Assembly: GCA_016748015.1 (NCBI GenBank)
Contig: JAAOMT010000436.1
Coordinates: 2,253,037-2,317,036 of the forward strand
From: Geosiphon pyriformis uo1
Taxonomy: Eukaryota > Fungi > Glomeromycota
Direction of reading: 5' to 3'
Length of the DNA: 64,000 bases
Shown here: piece by piece, positions 25,089 through 37,112 of the stretch
How positions within the stretch are numbered: position 1 is the first letter of the stretch
Layout: each line of letters opens with the position of its first letter
The notes under the pieces: model-generated
The model's input: the letters and a program-made list of their open reading frames with translations, nothing else
The model's database searches: none
What the model was told of the DNA's origin: nothing
Translations under genes and position numbers: made by a program

Positions 25089-25735
25089 TTATCACATGTA
25101 TTAGCCACTGATGTCATATAATTACCCACCCTATTTTTAGATAGTGATTGTTGACCTGATCAATGACCTGACCATTGACCTGATCATTGACCTGATTGTT
25201 GACCTGGTCGTTGACCATTTTAGATAGCTATATAAGTGATGATTCCCTTAGCTGTAGAAAGACATGATCAAAGTAACGAAATAAACAATATCAATTACTT
25301 CCTTTCATAATCGCTTATTCTCCTTTTCTTACCTTCAAGTATCTACTTGTTGGCATTCACATACCTTATCTTTTTCCCTTCTTGATTTGTATTTATTAGA
25401 ATTAGCCTGAGAAGCAATTGGTTTGCTCTTGTAATTCATTGAATAAAGAAATGATTGAAAAGTACAATGATACCTGTTATTGATTCTAAGAATTGCCAAG
25501 TTGAGGCATAGAATAATAGCAGTGGTGTTATCTTGTTGACAATCACAGACTATTTTTCTACCTTCAGATTTAAGAAAAGATTAGTGACTGTGATTTTTAT
25601 GAGACTGATCACACACATTGAATTCTTACTTATTCAATTTGCTCCCTTATTGTAATTCCTTCTTTGTTTATTTCCATCACCATACAATACTGTTCTCCCT
25701 TGCTATTCATTAGTTTGTTACTCCAACCCGTAACA
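25058..25735 (+). repeat. A3 3' LTR (PPT 25047-25057)
   Basis: TGTTATGG...TAACA. Confidence 0.95.
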
Positions 25736-26471
25736 TTACGATTGAAACCCATAGTTTTTATTAGTTATCACATGTATTAACCACTGATGTCATATAATTA
25801 GCCATTCTATTTTTAGATAGTGATTGTTGACCTGATCAATGACCTGACTGTTGACTTGATCATTAACCTGATCATTGACCTAATCAATGACCTGATTGTT
25901 GACCTGATCATTGACCTGATCATTAACCTGATCATTGATCTGGTCATTGACCACTTTAGATAGCTATATAAGCGATAATTCTCTTAGCTGTAGAAAGACA
26001 TGATCAAAGTAACAAAATAAACAATATCAATTACTTCCTCTTATAATTGTTTATTCCCCTTTCCTTACCTTTAAGTATCTACTTGTTGGCATTCACATAC
26101 CTTATTTTTTCTCCTTCTTGATTTGTATTTGTTAGAATTAGCCTGAGAAACAATTGGCTTGTTCTTGTAATTCATTGAATAAAGAAACAATTGAAAAGTA
26201 CAACGATACCTGTTATTGATTCTAAAAATCGCCAAGTTGAGGCATAGAATAATAGCAGTAGTGTTATTTTGTTGACAATCACGGACTATTCCTCTATCTT
26301 CAGATTTAAGAAAAGATTAGCGACTGTGATTTTTATGAAACTGATCACACACATTAAATTCCTACTTATTCAATTTGCTCCTTTATTGTAATTTCCTCTT
26401 TGTTTATTTCCATTATCATACAATACTGTTCTTCCTTACTATCCATTAGCTTGTTACTCTAACCTGTAACA
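25736..26471 (+). repeat. Third, tandem family A LTR lacking its first TG, with about 10 copies of a 12-bp repeat
   Basis: TTACGATTGAAACCC...TAACA directly abuts the previous LTR. Confidence 0.93.
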
Positions 26472-27622
26472 CTATGAATTGGTAATATTCTGAAGAAAAT
26501 ATAAGATTACTTGTAATGCTCTGATGTCATCCCATTTATTGGTTGCGATGGCTTTTTTCATGTTATTGAGTCATATTTGTATGTCATTTTCTTTGTTGGT
26601 AAATTTCTGGAGTTTTGCAATTGGTGCATATGCTATTGGTGCTAATAGTAGTTGTTATTGTAGTTGTGGTTACTATTGAACCTGTTGCTGAAGTAATAAT
26701 AATAGCTGTTATTGTTGCTGTTTAGCAATTGGTACAACTGGTAATAGATCTATTATGATTACTAGAAATAAGTTTTGGTAAACTATAGAGATGGAGTTTG
26801 GATTGTTTGGATTTGGCTGAGTTGGAACAATTAAGGTTTGAATTTCCAGGTTTCTTGAAATCAGATTTTGATAATTAAATTTCTGATTTCCATTTTTCTC
26901 TTCTTCCGATTTCATTATTTCTCAAAGACTACTGGTTCTGAAATCTGGTTGAAGTGGCAGTAATTGAAATTCTAATGACATTGATGATTGTGATTTAAAT
27001 TTCTCAAAATAATTGTCATAAGTTCCTAATAAATTGGCTTTTTCTTGGTTGTTTTGGATGGTTATTCTTGCTAACAGTGTTCTCATAGTTAAGATAAATG
27101 TGTCTGCTGATGTTATGTTGATAATACTTCCTAGTATATGGTAGTATAATGAATGAATAGAAAAAACTACTTTTGGTTTTTTCTAAGTAAGTAGTTGTAT
27201 TTTTTTTGATGTTTCTGTTGGTGTTTGTAGTTTTCTCTTGCCTTTTTCTATATAAGTAATAGGAAACATTTGTTGAGTGTGATTTTTAATTTCTTTGTTG
27301 ATTTCAGTGATGATTGATATAAAATTGTAATTTACTAGTAAGCTGGTATATTGAATTAATTCATTATAGAAATTTTCTCTTGCTAATTCTGTATTCACTA
27401 ATTTTCCTAAGAAATATTTAATTCTTTTATTAATGTAAAAGTTGAAAACTGATTCTACTAATAATTGGTTGTTGGTTAATTTCAAGTGTTAACAGTAGTA
27501 TTAAAATAAGAATTTGGTAAATCCTAAATGGTTTGTTCTTTTTCTTTCTAATTTTGCCACTTTTAAATAATTGTTATTAGTGCTGGTTTTTTGTAGGATT
27601 ATACTTTACAGAGAACACCAAA

Positions 27623-28498
27623 TGTTACAGATGATTACTTGGAGTCTCAAATCAAATAACAAACCTGTAATTTGGTGCTTAATAGCTGATCTTATTGGTA
27701 ATATTTAAAGGTTTTGGTCATCTAAAGATTTTGGTGAAGTTCTTTGTATAATAAACAGAGATTCAATAGTTGTTTTTAGTTGCCTCCCAGAATTGCAATT
27801 CCATTAATTTTTTTTCAGCATGATGACCAGCAATTTTCTAGTAAGCTATCCTCAAATTTGAATGTTTACCCTTATTTTTGGGTCTTTTATTAGTATTATA
27901 TTCTAATATTAGTACTCTACATATTAAATTTTTTTAATCAATTTAGTAAATAAACAACAAAAAAATAAAATAAAAATAAAAGAAAAAAAAATGAAAAAAT
28001 AAACTAAGACAAGAAAAGTTAGTATCCTGTCAATAGTTGTGATCAAGAGTTATTGGTCCAGTATAGTTAAGTATTAATTACTATCAACATGAAGTGTTAA
28101 TAGCAAAAGATGGATTATAATTAAAATAAGTATTTTATTAATATGAAATAAGAGGACTTGGTGAATTTAAACTAACAATTTTAACTTTGAAATTCTTTTT
28201 AAGAATTCTGTTCTTTTTGTTTTTAATACTACTGCTATATATACATAAATTTTGTTATACAAGATTTCTTGAATTTTTCAAATCTCTAGCCAGAAATTCT
28301 GAAATTCTTGAAATTCTATAATTTTTTGAAAGGAATCCTGAAATTCTGAAATCTTGTAATTCCTTTTACTGAAATCCTGTAATTCTGGAATCCTGTGATT
28401 TTTTTGAGAAGAATCTTGGAATTTTATTTTTATTGTGTTTTTTCTAATTGGCTAATTTATATACTAATATATATAATTTCTATATTCTATGAGTAATA
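27623..28498 (-). repeat. C0 5' LTR
   Basis: Homologous to 62804-63635 and 43473-44277. Confidence 0.88.
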
Positions 28499-29006
28499 TT
28501 ATTAATGATTTAAAATGTTTATAATAAAAGCATCTGTCCCAAAATAAAAATACAAAACAATAATTATTTTGAAAGAAATACAAAATGATTGATGACTATG
28601 TATAATAATTTTAGGTTTTAAATAAATTTTTTATTTTTCATAATATATAATAGTTATAAGAAAAAAAAATTGATTCTTGTTTGGCTGTCTTTTTCTAACT
28701 TTTACAACTACTTATTTTTATATATTTTTTTTGGTTTTACAAGATTGCTTTTTAATCATTTTGTTTTTGTTAGTTATTGCTTCACTATTTCTGTTATTGT
28801 TTTATTTTTCTATATTATTACTAGTTATTCTATGTTTTAACTAATTATTTTGTACTATAATATATTATCAAGTTTTGTATTATGTTATTTTGAGTTATTA
28901 TGCATTATTCTGTGTTTTTTTGCATTATTCTGTGTTATTTTATGTTATCACATTTTTGGTCATGTTTTTTCTATAACTTTAGATTGGTTTTTCTATTCAG
29001 GTAACA
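28499..29006 (-). repeat. Decayed family B LTR remnant (host of C0)
   Basis: Matches 45500-46001 (..ttttctattcaggtaaca end). Confidence 0.75.
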
Positions 29007-30369
29007 ACACTTAATTTAAATTACTTAGTTTAATATATTATGTAAGATAATATTTAAGTCTTACTTATAAAATAATATTATTATTATTAATATTAACAAT
29101 TATAAATACAACAAAAAATAAAACATAATAACTAATTATTAAGTAATATAATTAATTATAAAATTAAAAAACAAATTATTATTATATTATATCAAAGTTA
29201 AAAAATAATAAAATAAAAAATTTAATTACAAATAAGATAGACTATTTTATATTTATAAAATATTTAAAAATAAATTATACAAGTTAAAATTAGATAAAAA
29301 AATATTAAAAAAAGCAGCAGTTAATAACCAGTTAAAATTATATTATAACAAATCAGTAATAATAACACAAATACTCAAAATTAAAACACAATTACTACTA
29401 ATATTATCAGATCAAATTCTACAAAATCTAAAGCCAATAGTTTTAATTAAATACTATTTAAAAAATAATTAATTTTAGATTATACTTTATAAACATAAAA
29501 ACTTATGCAAAAAAATTCAAACAGTAATTAAAAACATTAACAATAATACATATTTCAAAAAACATCAATATAACTCAATAATTATTATTTGAAAACTTAC
29601 AATAATTAATTTAAATTTAGAAATCACAATCAGTAGTTTTAAAATAATATATATATATATATAAAAGTAATAAAAGTTTCAATTTAAAAAAAGAACATGA
29701 TTTTAAGTTATATACTATTATTTCTAAACACAATAATAAATTTATTAACAAAATTATTGAAAAGTTAAAAATAGCATTATTAATTCCTTAAAATAAATAA
29801 TTACAAAGTAATTCCTTTATTTCCAATTTTTTAATAAAATAATTAACATTAAAATAATTAATACTTTTTTGCTTAACAACATTATTATTGAATTTCACTT
29901 ATTAGCTTCCAAAAACCCAAAACTAATAACAAACTCAAAATTAATCTCTGGTTAGATTAATATCCAAATTAAACCAATGGACAATTAATCCACTAATACT
30001 AATATCACGAACACAACTTTAGATTGGCAATTAACCAAATAAAGAAAAAAAAATTCGGAACTCATGAATAAAAGCAAGATCATGCCAAAAAACTCACCTC
30101 AATAGGAAATTTTTGGTTGAATATGCTGTATCCTACATGAAATAAATATCTTGCAGCATTACTGTCAATATTCTATGATTGTCTTACTGAACTTTACTTG
30201 TTTTTAATATCCCCAAATTAAAATTAGAGACCTAAAAAATTTAGGACAATCAATTTATCTTATGAACGTATACGCATAAACTGATTTTTATTTCAAGCCA
30301 GGGTATCGAGTCCTAGTAATATATTGTTCAATGGCCATAAGGCTTCCAGTTGCTGGTTTTAATTTCAAA

Positions 30370-32210
30370 TTACATTTGAGCTTGCTTATCGAGATCATCA
30401 GGCGCCGCATAATTTTCAACATGCATGTCATTTAAACCAAGGCTCTCATTTTCCTCCCATGTTCGTTTATAGGTTTCAATTACCATATTGGGATCAGAAT
30501 CTAAAGAGTATTGAGAAGAGGTTAGTTGGTTTTGAAATAGGTTGAGCTTTCCGACTTAAATCAGGATTAAAAACTTGAGAAAAGAAATAATCTATATTTA
30601 TATTTACCAGGGGCATAAGGATTTTGTAAATATGAATTTGCTAATGGGTCATTTAGTATCAAATATACAGGAAGCATCGAGCCAGAAATAACATTATTCA
30701 AATTTTCTATGAATTTATCAAATTTTGCTCGACGTTCGTCTTGAATAGAGTCACCATGTGCAAAGGGAACTCGGGCTTTCAATTCTTCACATACTTGTCG
30801 CAATAATCCTTCTACTGTTGTAAATCTTCCACCTAAAGTCCCCGGTAATAATTCTAAATTGATCTCAGGTATGGAAAGGCCGCATGTCTCGGATTTAAGA
30901 ATATCTCGTGACATATCTTCCATATCCTCCATAAGGAGGGTTATTCGTTTTCCTTGAGGCGAGATTGGACCACCAGCCTTTACTTCATTTGATTTATATC
31001 CACAACTCTATTTGTAAAATTTATATGATTTAACTTAGGGAAACAGTTTCAATTGCATCTTTCAGAAATTAACCTACATCACAAGAAGTCGACATAATGA
31101 CAACCTCTCTGAAATGAGGTATATTTATCACATGCATTCTTGTATCTGTTGGGGTATTACAATTATAGCAATTTGCTGGGAAAATCATGACTTCGGGAAT
31201 TTCTTCGTTTTCAACGTCCGTTTTATTTTCATCATCCTCTTCTTTTGGAGCATTCTGATTGTTATAACCTAAAGCGACTTCCATTTCTTGTGTTCGATTA
31301 TAATGTAGAATTTTTATTTTAGGATCTGAATGTGGAGCACACAGATTCTCAATGTAGCTTTGAATTAAGTGAAGATACTTGTCAGATTAAGGAGAATTTC
31401 AAAAATAACCAAAAAGTATATGTACCTGTTTCCAGCTGGGTCATCAATAGATACGGTAAAATTTTGAGTACCGTTGCGAAATGCCTCCAATTGCTCAAGT
31501 ACTCTCTCGATCTTGTTATGGGTATCCTGATCCGTAAACTTTCGTGTGGATTGACCACTTGATAAATCTTCGATGATTCGAGCAATCAGACCTTCAACTG
31601 TTGTCAAGGTCCCTTTTTGAGTATTTGACGATGGTAACTCAAGATCAAGTTCTGGGATTTTCACGCATGCTGTTTCAGATCTTAAAAGTTGTCGATTGAG
31701 ATCTTCTTTTGTGAAAATTTCGCATGTGTAAATACATCCTTTTTCAGCGATCGATCCTGTAAATTGGACTTCGTTATTGTTAAAACCACAGTGCTACAGT
31801 AAAATCAAAGGTTAATTGTTTTGTTTTGTTTATTGACTAATGGCAGGCCAACTTCTATAATAAACTTGCAAAGTTACCTCACAATCAAAACTCATAATCA
31901 CAATCTCTCGCCAATGTGGAATTTTTGTCAATAAAAGCCGTGTAATCCCCTGGTTTAAGAAAAAAGAGGGTTACGAATCTCTGATTTGCTGCAAATAGAC
32001 CAAGGTAAAATTGATGATTCTTACATTTTTTTCACAATTCATGCAATAACTCTCAATTTCTGTAGGTTTTCCGGTATCTCCTTGGTCGTTAGCAGCAGCA
32101 CTGACAACATCACCAATGTTTTGAAAAAGTGCCTCTCTATTGTACTTTTTACTGTCAATATCAGTATCGGCTTGATCTCTACCTTCTCGAGAAAGGCATT
32201 TTTTAGACAT
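30370..32210 (-). CDS. ZPR1: Zinc finger protein ZPR1 (eEF1A-binding, tandem ZnF-A domains), 6 exons: 32210-32025, 31949-31878, 31793-31426, 31357-31078, 31007-30608, 30500-30370; 478 aa
   Basis: [32 protein letters not shown] and [33 protein letters not shown] zinc fingers; TTVEGL and DDPAGNSYIEN/DPLANSYLQN A-domain motifs; five GT-AG introns give an open 1437-nt frame. Confidence 0.95.
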
Positions 32211-34421
32211 GTTCTTAGAATGAAATTCTATCCTAAATTAACCGCTAAATTATTTACTTTCAGGGATATGTTATGTCATACACACCAGAATTTTCTAAAC
32301 TCTAGACAAAGATTATACGTAATATTTGAAAGTTTCAACTTTTACCCTATTTTTGTGAGGAAACTTTCCAAAAGTTAATTATTTTTAATAAGTAAAAATT
32401 CTTAAAAGTCATATTTCAAATTGTGAACTTAAATAAAAATGAATTATAACTGTCCTAAATAAATGATTGAAAATTAACGTTATAACTACTATAAAACTAA
32501 CATTACAAAAATCTTTGTATAAACCATTTGGACATAAGATTTTTAGAATTTAAAACAATGTTTATGCTTATCCAGCAATTAAAATACAAAAAATGTTTAA
32601 AATTAATAACATATTAGTTTTTTCTAATATTATTAATCTTAAATTTAATTTTTTTTGGCTTTAAAATTATTTTATTATTAATAATTAAATAATTTAAAAC
32701 AATTTTATAAAATAAGTGCTCTAATATACTTTTAATTATGTAATTTTTATCAATAATAAACCTTTTTATATACTTTTTTATAATTAAGTTTATGTTTATA
32801 ATTTTAGTTATCTTAAATTTATAATATTAAAAACTTGATAATTTCTTTTAATTTAAAAAAAACATTATTAATATTAGCCAAACTTATATTATTTATTAAA
32901 ACTAATATTTTAAATGCTTTAATAATATTAATAAAAAACTACATATATAAAAACCAATTAAATTTAGTAACAAAACCTAACTTTTAAGTCTTAATAATTT
33001 TAGTTATTAATAGTTTTAACTTAAAAAACTTTAATAACAGCTTATTTTTGAAGTTATTGTATTTAATAAATTAAAATAAAAAAATTTTTATTAAGTATAA
33101 ACACAAAGTGTTTTTAAAAATATTTTATATTATATTTAAATTTCCAAATTTTTTTAATATACTAAATATATCTATCATATTTAATGTTTTAAATAAAGTT
33201 ATTTTACTAAAACAAATTTATTTAGTACTATTAATATTAAAGTTTTAATAATTTTTGTTAACTTATTTGTGTATAAAGTTTAAATAAGTATTCAAAAAAC
33301 TACTTAAATTAATAAAAACCAAAATTATCTTATAATTAATATTAAAAAACTTAAATATATTATAAATATACTTATTATAAACAAAAACTTATTAACAAAA
33401 ATATAATTGTAAATTAATATGTTAAAAAATTGTGTAATCTTAACTTAAATTATTTTTTAAAATTAATACTGTATTTGGTATTATTTTTATTAAAATTATT
33501 ATTTAAGACTATATAAGTATTAAAATTTATAATTTTAACAATAAAAAATTATTGTTGTTATAGGTAAACTTGTTGAAATATGATAGTAATATTTAATACT
33601 TTAAATTTGGATAAAAAAGCTTAAAAGTTTCTATTATAAACACTTAAAGTAAGTTAGTAATATTAGTTTTTAAAAGTTTTTGCTAATTTTATCTATAGAG
33701 TTTTTTGGTTATAAGACACAAAAAAATGTTTTGGCTGTTTGTAGCTTAAGTATATAAGCTATTTTTTCTGAACTAGTTAAATATAGTTACTAAAATCTGG
33801 CAGTATTTTTTTGCTCTTCTAATAAGCTAACAAAATAATATTAATATTTAATTCTAAAAAAAGTTTTTTTTTTTATTAAGCTATTATAAAGTCTATTTTT
33901 AGACAGTCAATTTTAGAATATTGTTACTCTATAAGAGAATAAAAAAAAGATAAAATTTAAAAAAAAGATAAATTAGTATTATCAATTACTGTAATTAAGA
34001 ACAATTAGTCCAAGTTATTAAGATTTTACTACAATTATATTAAGAACATCTGGCTAAAAACTAAAATAAAAGAAGTAATTAATTTAGTTAAAACATATAG
34101 ATTTAAGATTTAAATATAAGTGATTTAGTTTTGACTATTTTTTTTATTTGAAGTAATATAAATATAAAATATAAATAAGATTAATTTACAAAAAAGATAG
34201 AAAAAAAAATAGAAAAAAAATTGTTTTTTTTTATCTGTTTTTTTTTATTTTTTAAAACTATTTGTTTTTATATATTTTCTTTAGCTCTACAAGATTGTTT
34301 TTAATCATTTTATTATTAATAACTATTACTTATTATTTCTGTTATTGTATTGTTTTTTTATGTTATTATTAATTATGTTAGGTTTTGATTGATTATTTTA
34401 TACTATATTATGTTATTATAT

Positions 34422-35063
34422 TGTTATGGATTGGAGTAACAAGCTAACAAATAGCAAGGGAGAACAGGATTGTAGGGTGATAGAAATAATCAAAGAAGAT
34501 TCAACTTCAATGAGCAAATTGAATGAGTATGGATTCAATATGCAAGATCAGTCTCATAAAATATCTTAGTCGCTATTCTTTTCAAAAGGTAACAAGGAAA
34601 TCTGAAGATAGAGGGATAGTCCATACTGTCAACAATTGATCACCACTAGTATAATTCTATGCCTTACGTCGGCACTCTTAGAATTCAATATCAGGTATCA
34701 ACTTGTGCTCTTCAGTCACGTTTATACAAATAGTTTTCAAATACTACAATTATTCAAACAGGAAAAGACCAACAAGTAATCTTTTATCTTAAGATGTTCG
34801 GATACTTGAAGTTAGGGAAAGGGAAATTAGTGATAAGAGAGTGATTAAGATAAAAGTTGTTATTTTTATTTATTTGATTCTTGTTTGAGAGATGATTTTC
34901 TACAGCTAAGAGACTTATTGCTTATATAGCTATTGAAAATGGTCAATGATTAGGTCATTGATCAGGTCAATAATCACTATCTAAAAATAAAGTGGCTAAT
35001 TATATGACATCAGTAGCTAATACATGTAATAATTAATAAAAATTATGGGTTTCAATCATAACA
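34422..35063 (-). repeat. A4 3' LTR
   Basis: TGTTA...TAACA; PPT at 35064-35074. Confidence 0.94.
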
Positions 35064-35689
35064 TTATCCTCTTCAAAGAGATTGAGCTCCAGCAAAATCA
35101 AGCTATTTATAGGGTATTCTAATTGAAAAGTTTTGTTTAACTCAAAACTAACTAGTTTGTTGAAGTCTTTTGTGGATAGAGTATATAGTACTTGAGGCGA
35201 AATAAGCTTTGTATCCAAAAGACCAAATCTTTGTATAAGAGTTTTGGCTTTTTTTGCAATGGTCAAAACTCTTGAGACATCTAAACGTATAATGCCCAAA
35301 ATTTCCACTTGTATCTTTGAAGTTGTTTTTTTCATGAGCTTCATTTCTTCTATGATTTCACCAAAATGACCATAGAGTTCTAGTTGTCTTCCATATGACA
35401 AGTTTTTGTCTATGGGCAAGATTTTTTTAATTGTTTTTCCAATTGTCATGGAAGGTATAAGTATTGCTGCTGTTATGCTTTTCAGCAAATACTTATCTAT
35501 TTTGCTACCAATTCTTTCTCTTTTGGTAGTGGTTTTCTTTGGTCTAATAACAGTATGTGTTTCACTGTTATCAGTTATGGTGATTTGTTTTCCAATGGTC
35601 AGAATAGCATTTGGATAATTTTTGATCCAGTACTCATGGAGAGTATAGAAAGTGTTTTGAATATTTTGATCTAGGAAATAATTGTTCAT
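35033..35689 (-). CDS. A4 ORF3, intact 218-aa accessory protein of unknown function
   Basis: Open from ATG 35689 (MNNYFLDQN) to a stop inside the 3' LTR; conserved among A copies. Confidence 0.75.
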   Translation of the reverse strand: MNNYFLDQNIQNTFYTLHEYWIKNYPNAILTIGKQITITDNSETHTVIRPKKTTTKRERIGSKIDKYLLKSITAAILIPSMTIGKTIKKILPIDKNLSYGRQLELYGHFGEIIEEMKLMKKTTSKIQVEILGIIRLDVSRVLTIAKKAKTLIQRFGLLDTKLISPQVLYTLSTKDFNKLVSFELNKTFQLEYPINSLILLELNLFEEDNVMIETHNFY

Positions 35690-35730
35690 GTTAATTGAAG
35701 ATACCTCTGTTTTGGGAATGGTGCATTTAT

Positions 35731-37045
35731 TTATATCTGATTTTTGTTGATTATTTGGGTCGGTATTACCACAACAGATAACCAATCAGGTCATTTATAA
35801 TATTTTTTGAGTCGTGTGCCATAAACAGGGCGATCATTAAAGATTGTTTCATATTGATCTTGTAAGATATAAAAACCATTGTTCAAAACTTTGTTGATTA
35901 TAAAGAGTCTTTTCTACCGGCTAGAGAATTTATCACCATAGACATTGTCTCTGTCTGAACGGTATTCTAAAACTAAGTTACCAACACTTAAGGAAAGTGT
36001 TTTATATGTTTTTTTTTTTCTTAAGCTTCTCTTGGAATTGTTTTATCTTTTCAAAAACAATTATCCATGCTTCTACTAATGAGTCAAGAATGGTACCAAG
36101 TCTTCTTTGCAAAATGTCTTTGTAATTTTTTATTGTTATTTCTTTAAAGGGTATTGTCTCAATGTTAGTTTCTATTGGTAGGGTTGCCATTTGTTTATAG
36201 AGTAGATAAAAGGATTCATAACTTGTTATGTTATGATTCACAGTTCTATAAACAAACAAAGCTGAAGGCAGTACTTTGTCCCATAAGTTTGTTTCTTCAC
36301 TGGTTTTGGCTAGGGTTTCACATAGTGTTCTATTGAAATGTTCTATTAGGCCATTTGTTTAGAGGTGATAAGGAAAGGAAAGTTTGTGACGTATTTCCAT
36401 TTTTCTGCAAAGTTTTTCAACAAGTGTACTGAGAAAAGCTCTTTCTCTGTTAGATAAAAGTTCTTTGAGGCAGCCATGGTGACAAATGATATCTTCATAA
36501 ATGAAATTGGCTATTGAAACTGCTGTTTGGTCTGGAGTGGCTCTTGCTTTTACCCACTTTGTAAGATAGTCAGTAGCTGTGATAATGTATCTATTGCCAT
36601 CAGGAGTTATTGTTAAAAGTCTAACAACATCTATACCAATTCTGTCAAAGAGTTGACCAACAGAGATTGAATAGATATCTTCTTTGCGATTGGGTTTTTC
36701 TCTTTTTTGGCAGATATCACAGGTTTTGATATATTTAGCAATATCTTTTCCCAAGATAGGCCAATAATAACGAGCTAAGGTTTTCTAAATTGTTTTTGTT
36801 TTTTCAAAGTGTCCAGCTAATGGATCAGTATGCATATTGTAGATCACAATTTCTTTTTCTTCAAATCTGATAATTATCTGGGAGCAGTCAGGATCTTTTC
36901 TATTTTTTTTATAAAGTTGGTTCTGGTGAATCAAATAAAAATTTGATTGTTTGCACAAATGTTCTCTTTGTTGTTGTGTGTATTTTGGTGGATATTGTCC
37001 TTTACCCAAAAATTCTATTAAGACAGTGTAGTTGTTTAAGTCCAT
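35731..37045 (-). pseudogene. A4 integrase
   Basis: ORFs 36785..37195, 36359..36754 and 36002..36259. Confidence 0.9.
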
Positions 37046-37112
37046 TATCATGTTTGTCAAAAAAGAGGAATTACTAATAATTAAGTTGGTTTGGTTTGAG
37101 AGGGTTGTTCTA

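Larger units (their letters stand above)
18072..26471 (+). mobile_element. Family A copy A3 with three LTRs, TSD CTAT (18068-18071 / 26472-26475)
   Basis: LTR-PBS-gag-pol-IN-ORF3-PPT-LTR-LTR; TSD flanks the outermost LTRs. Confidence 0.96.
15684..28498 (-). mobile_element. Family C older copy C0 (5' LTR, gag, PR, Cys-rich region), split by A3 at 18072-26471 and cut by the LINE
   Basis: Homologous to C1 59150-63635; gag continues across A3; PR motif LILDSGSASS near 16790; PBS 27604-27620. Confidence 0.88.

Noticed and set aside
25827-25952. CRISPR-like array or nuclear-receptor AGGTCA elements
   Set aside because: Direct tandem units with no spacers in a eukaryotic LTR; fungi lack nuclear receptors
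29007-29990. Assigning the AT-rich tracts (also 32400-33555) to a centromere, origin or specific TE
   Set aside because: Too eroded to classify by eye
31986-32378. 130-aa plus-strand ORF (and 31332-31562)
   Set aside because: Antisense shadows of ZPR1 with no recognisable motifs
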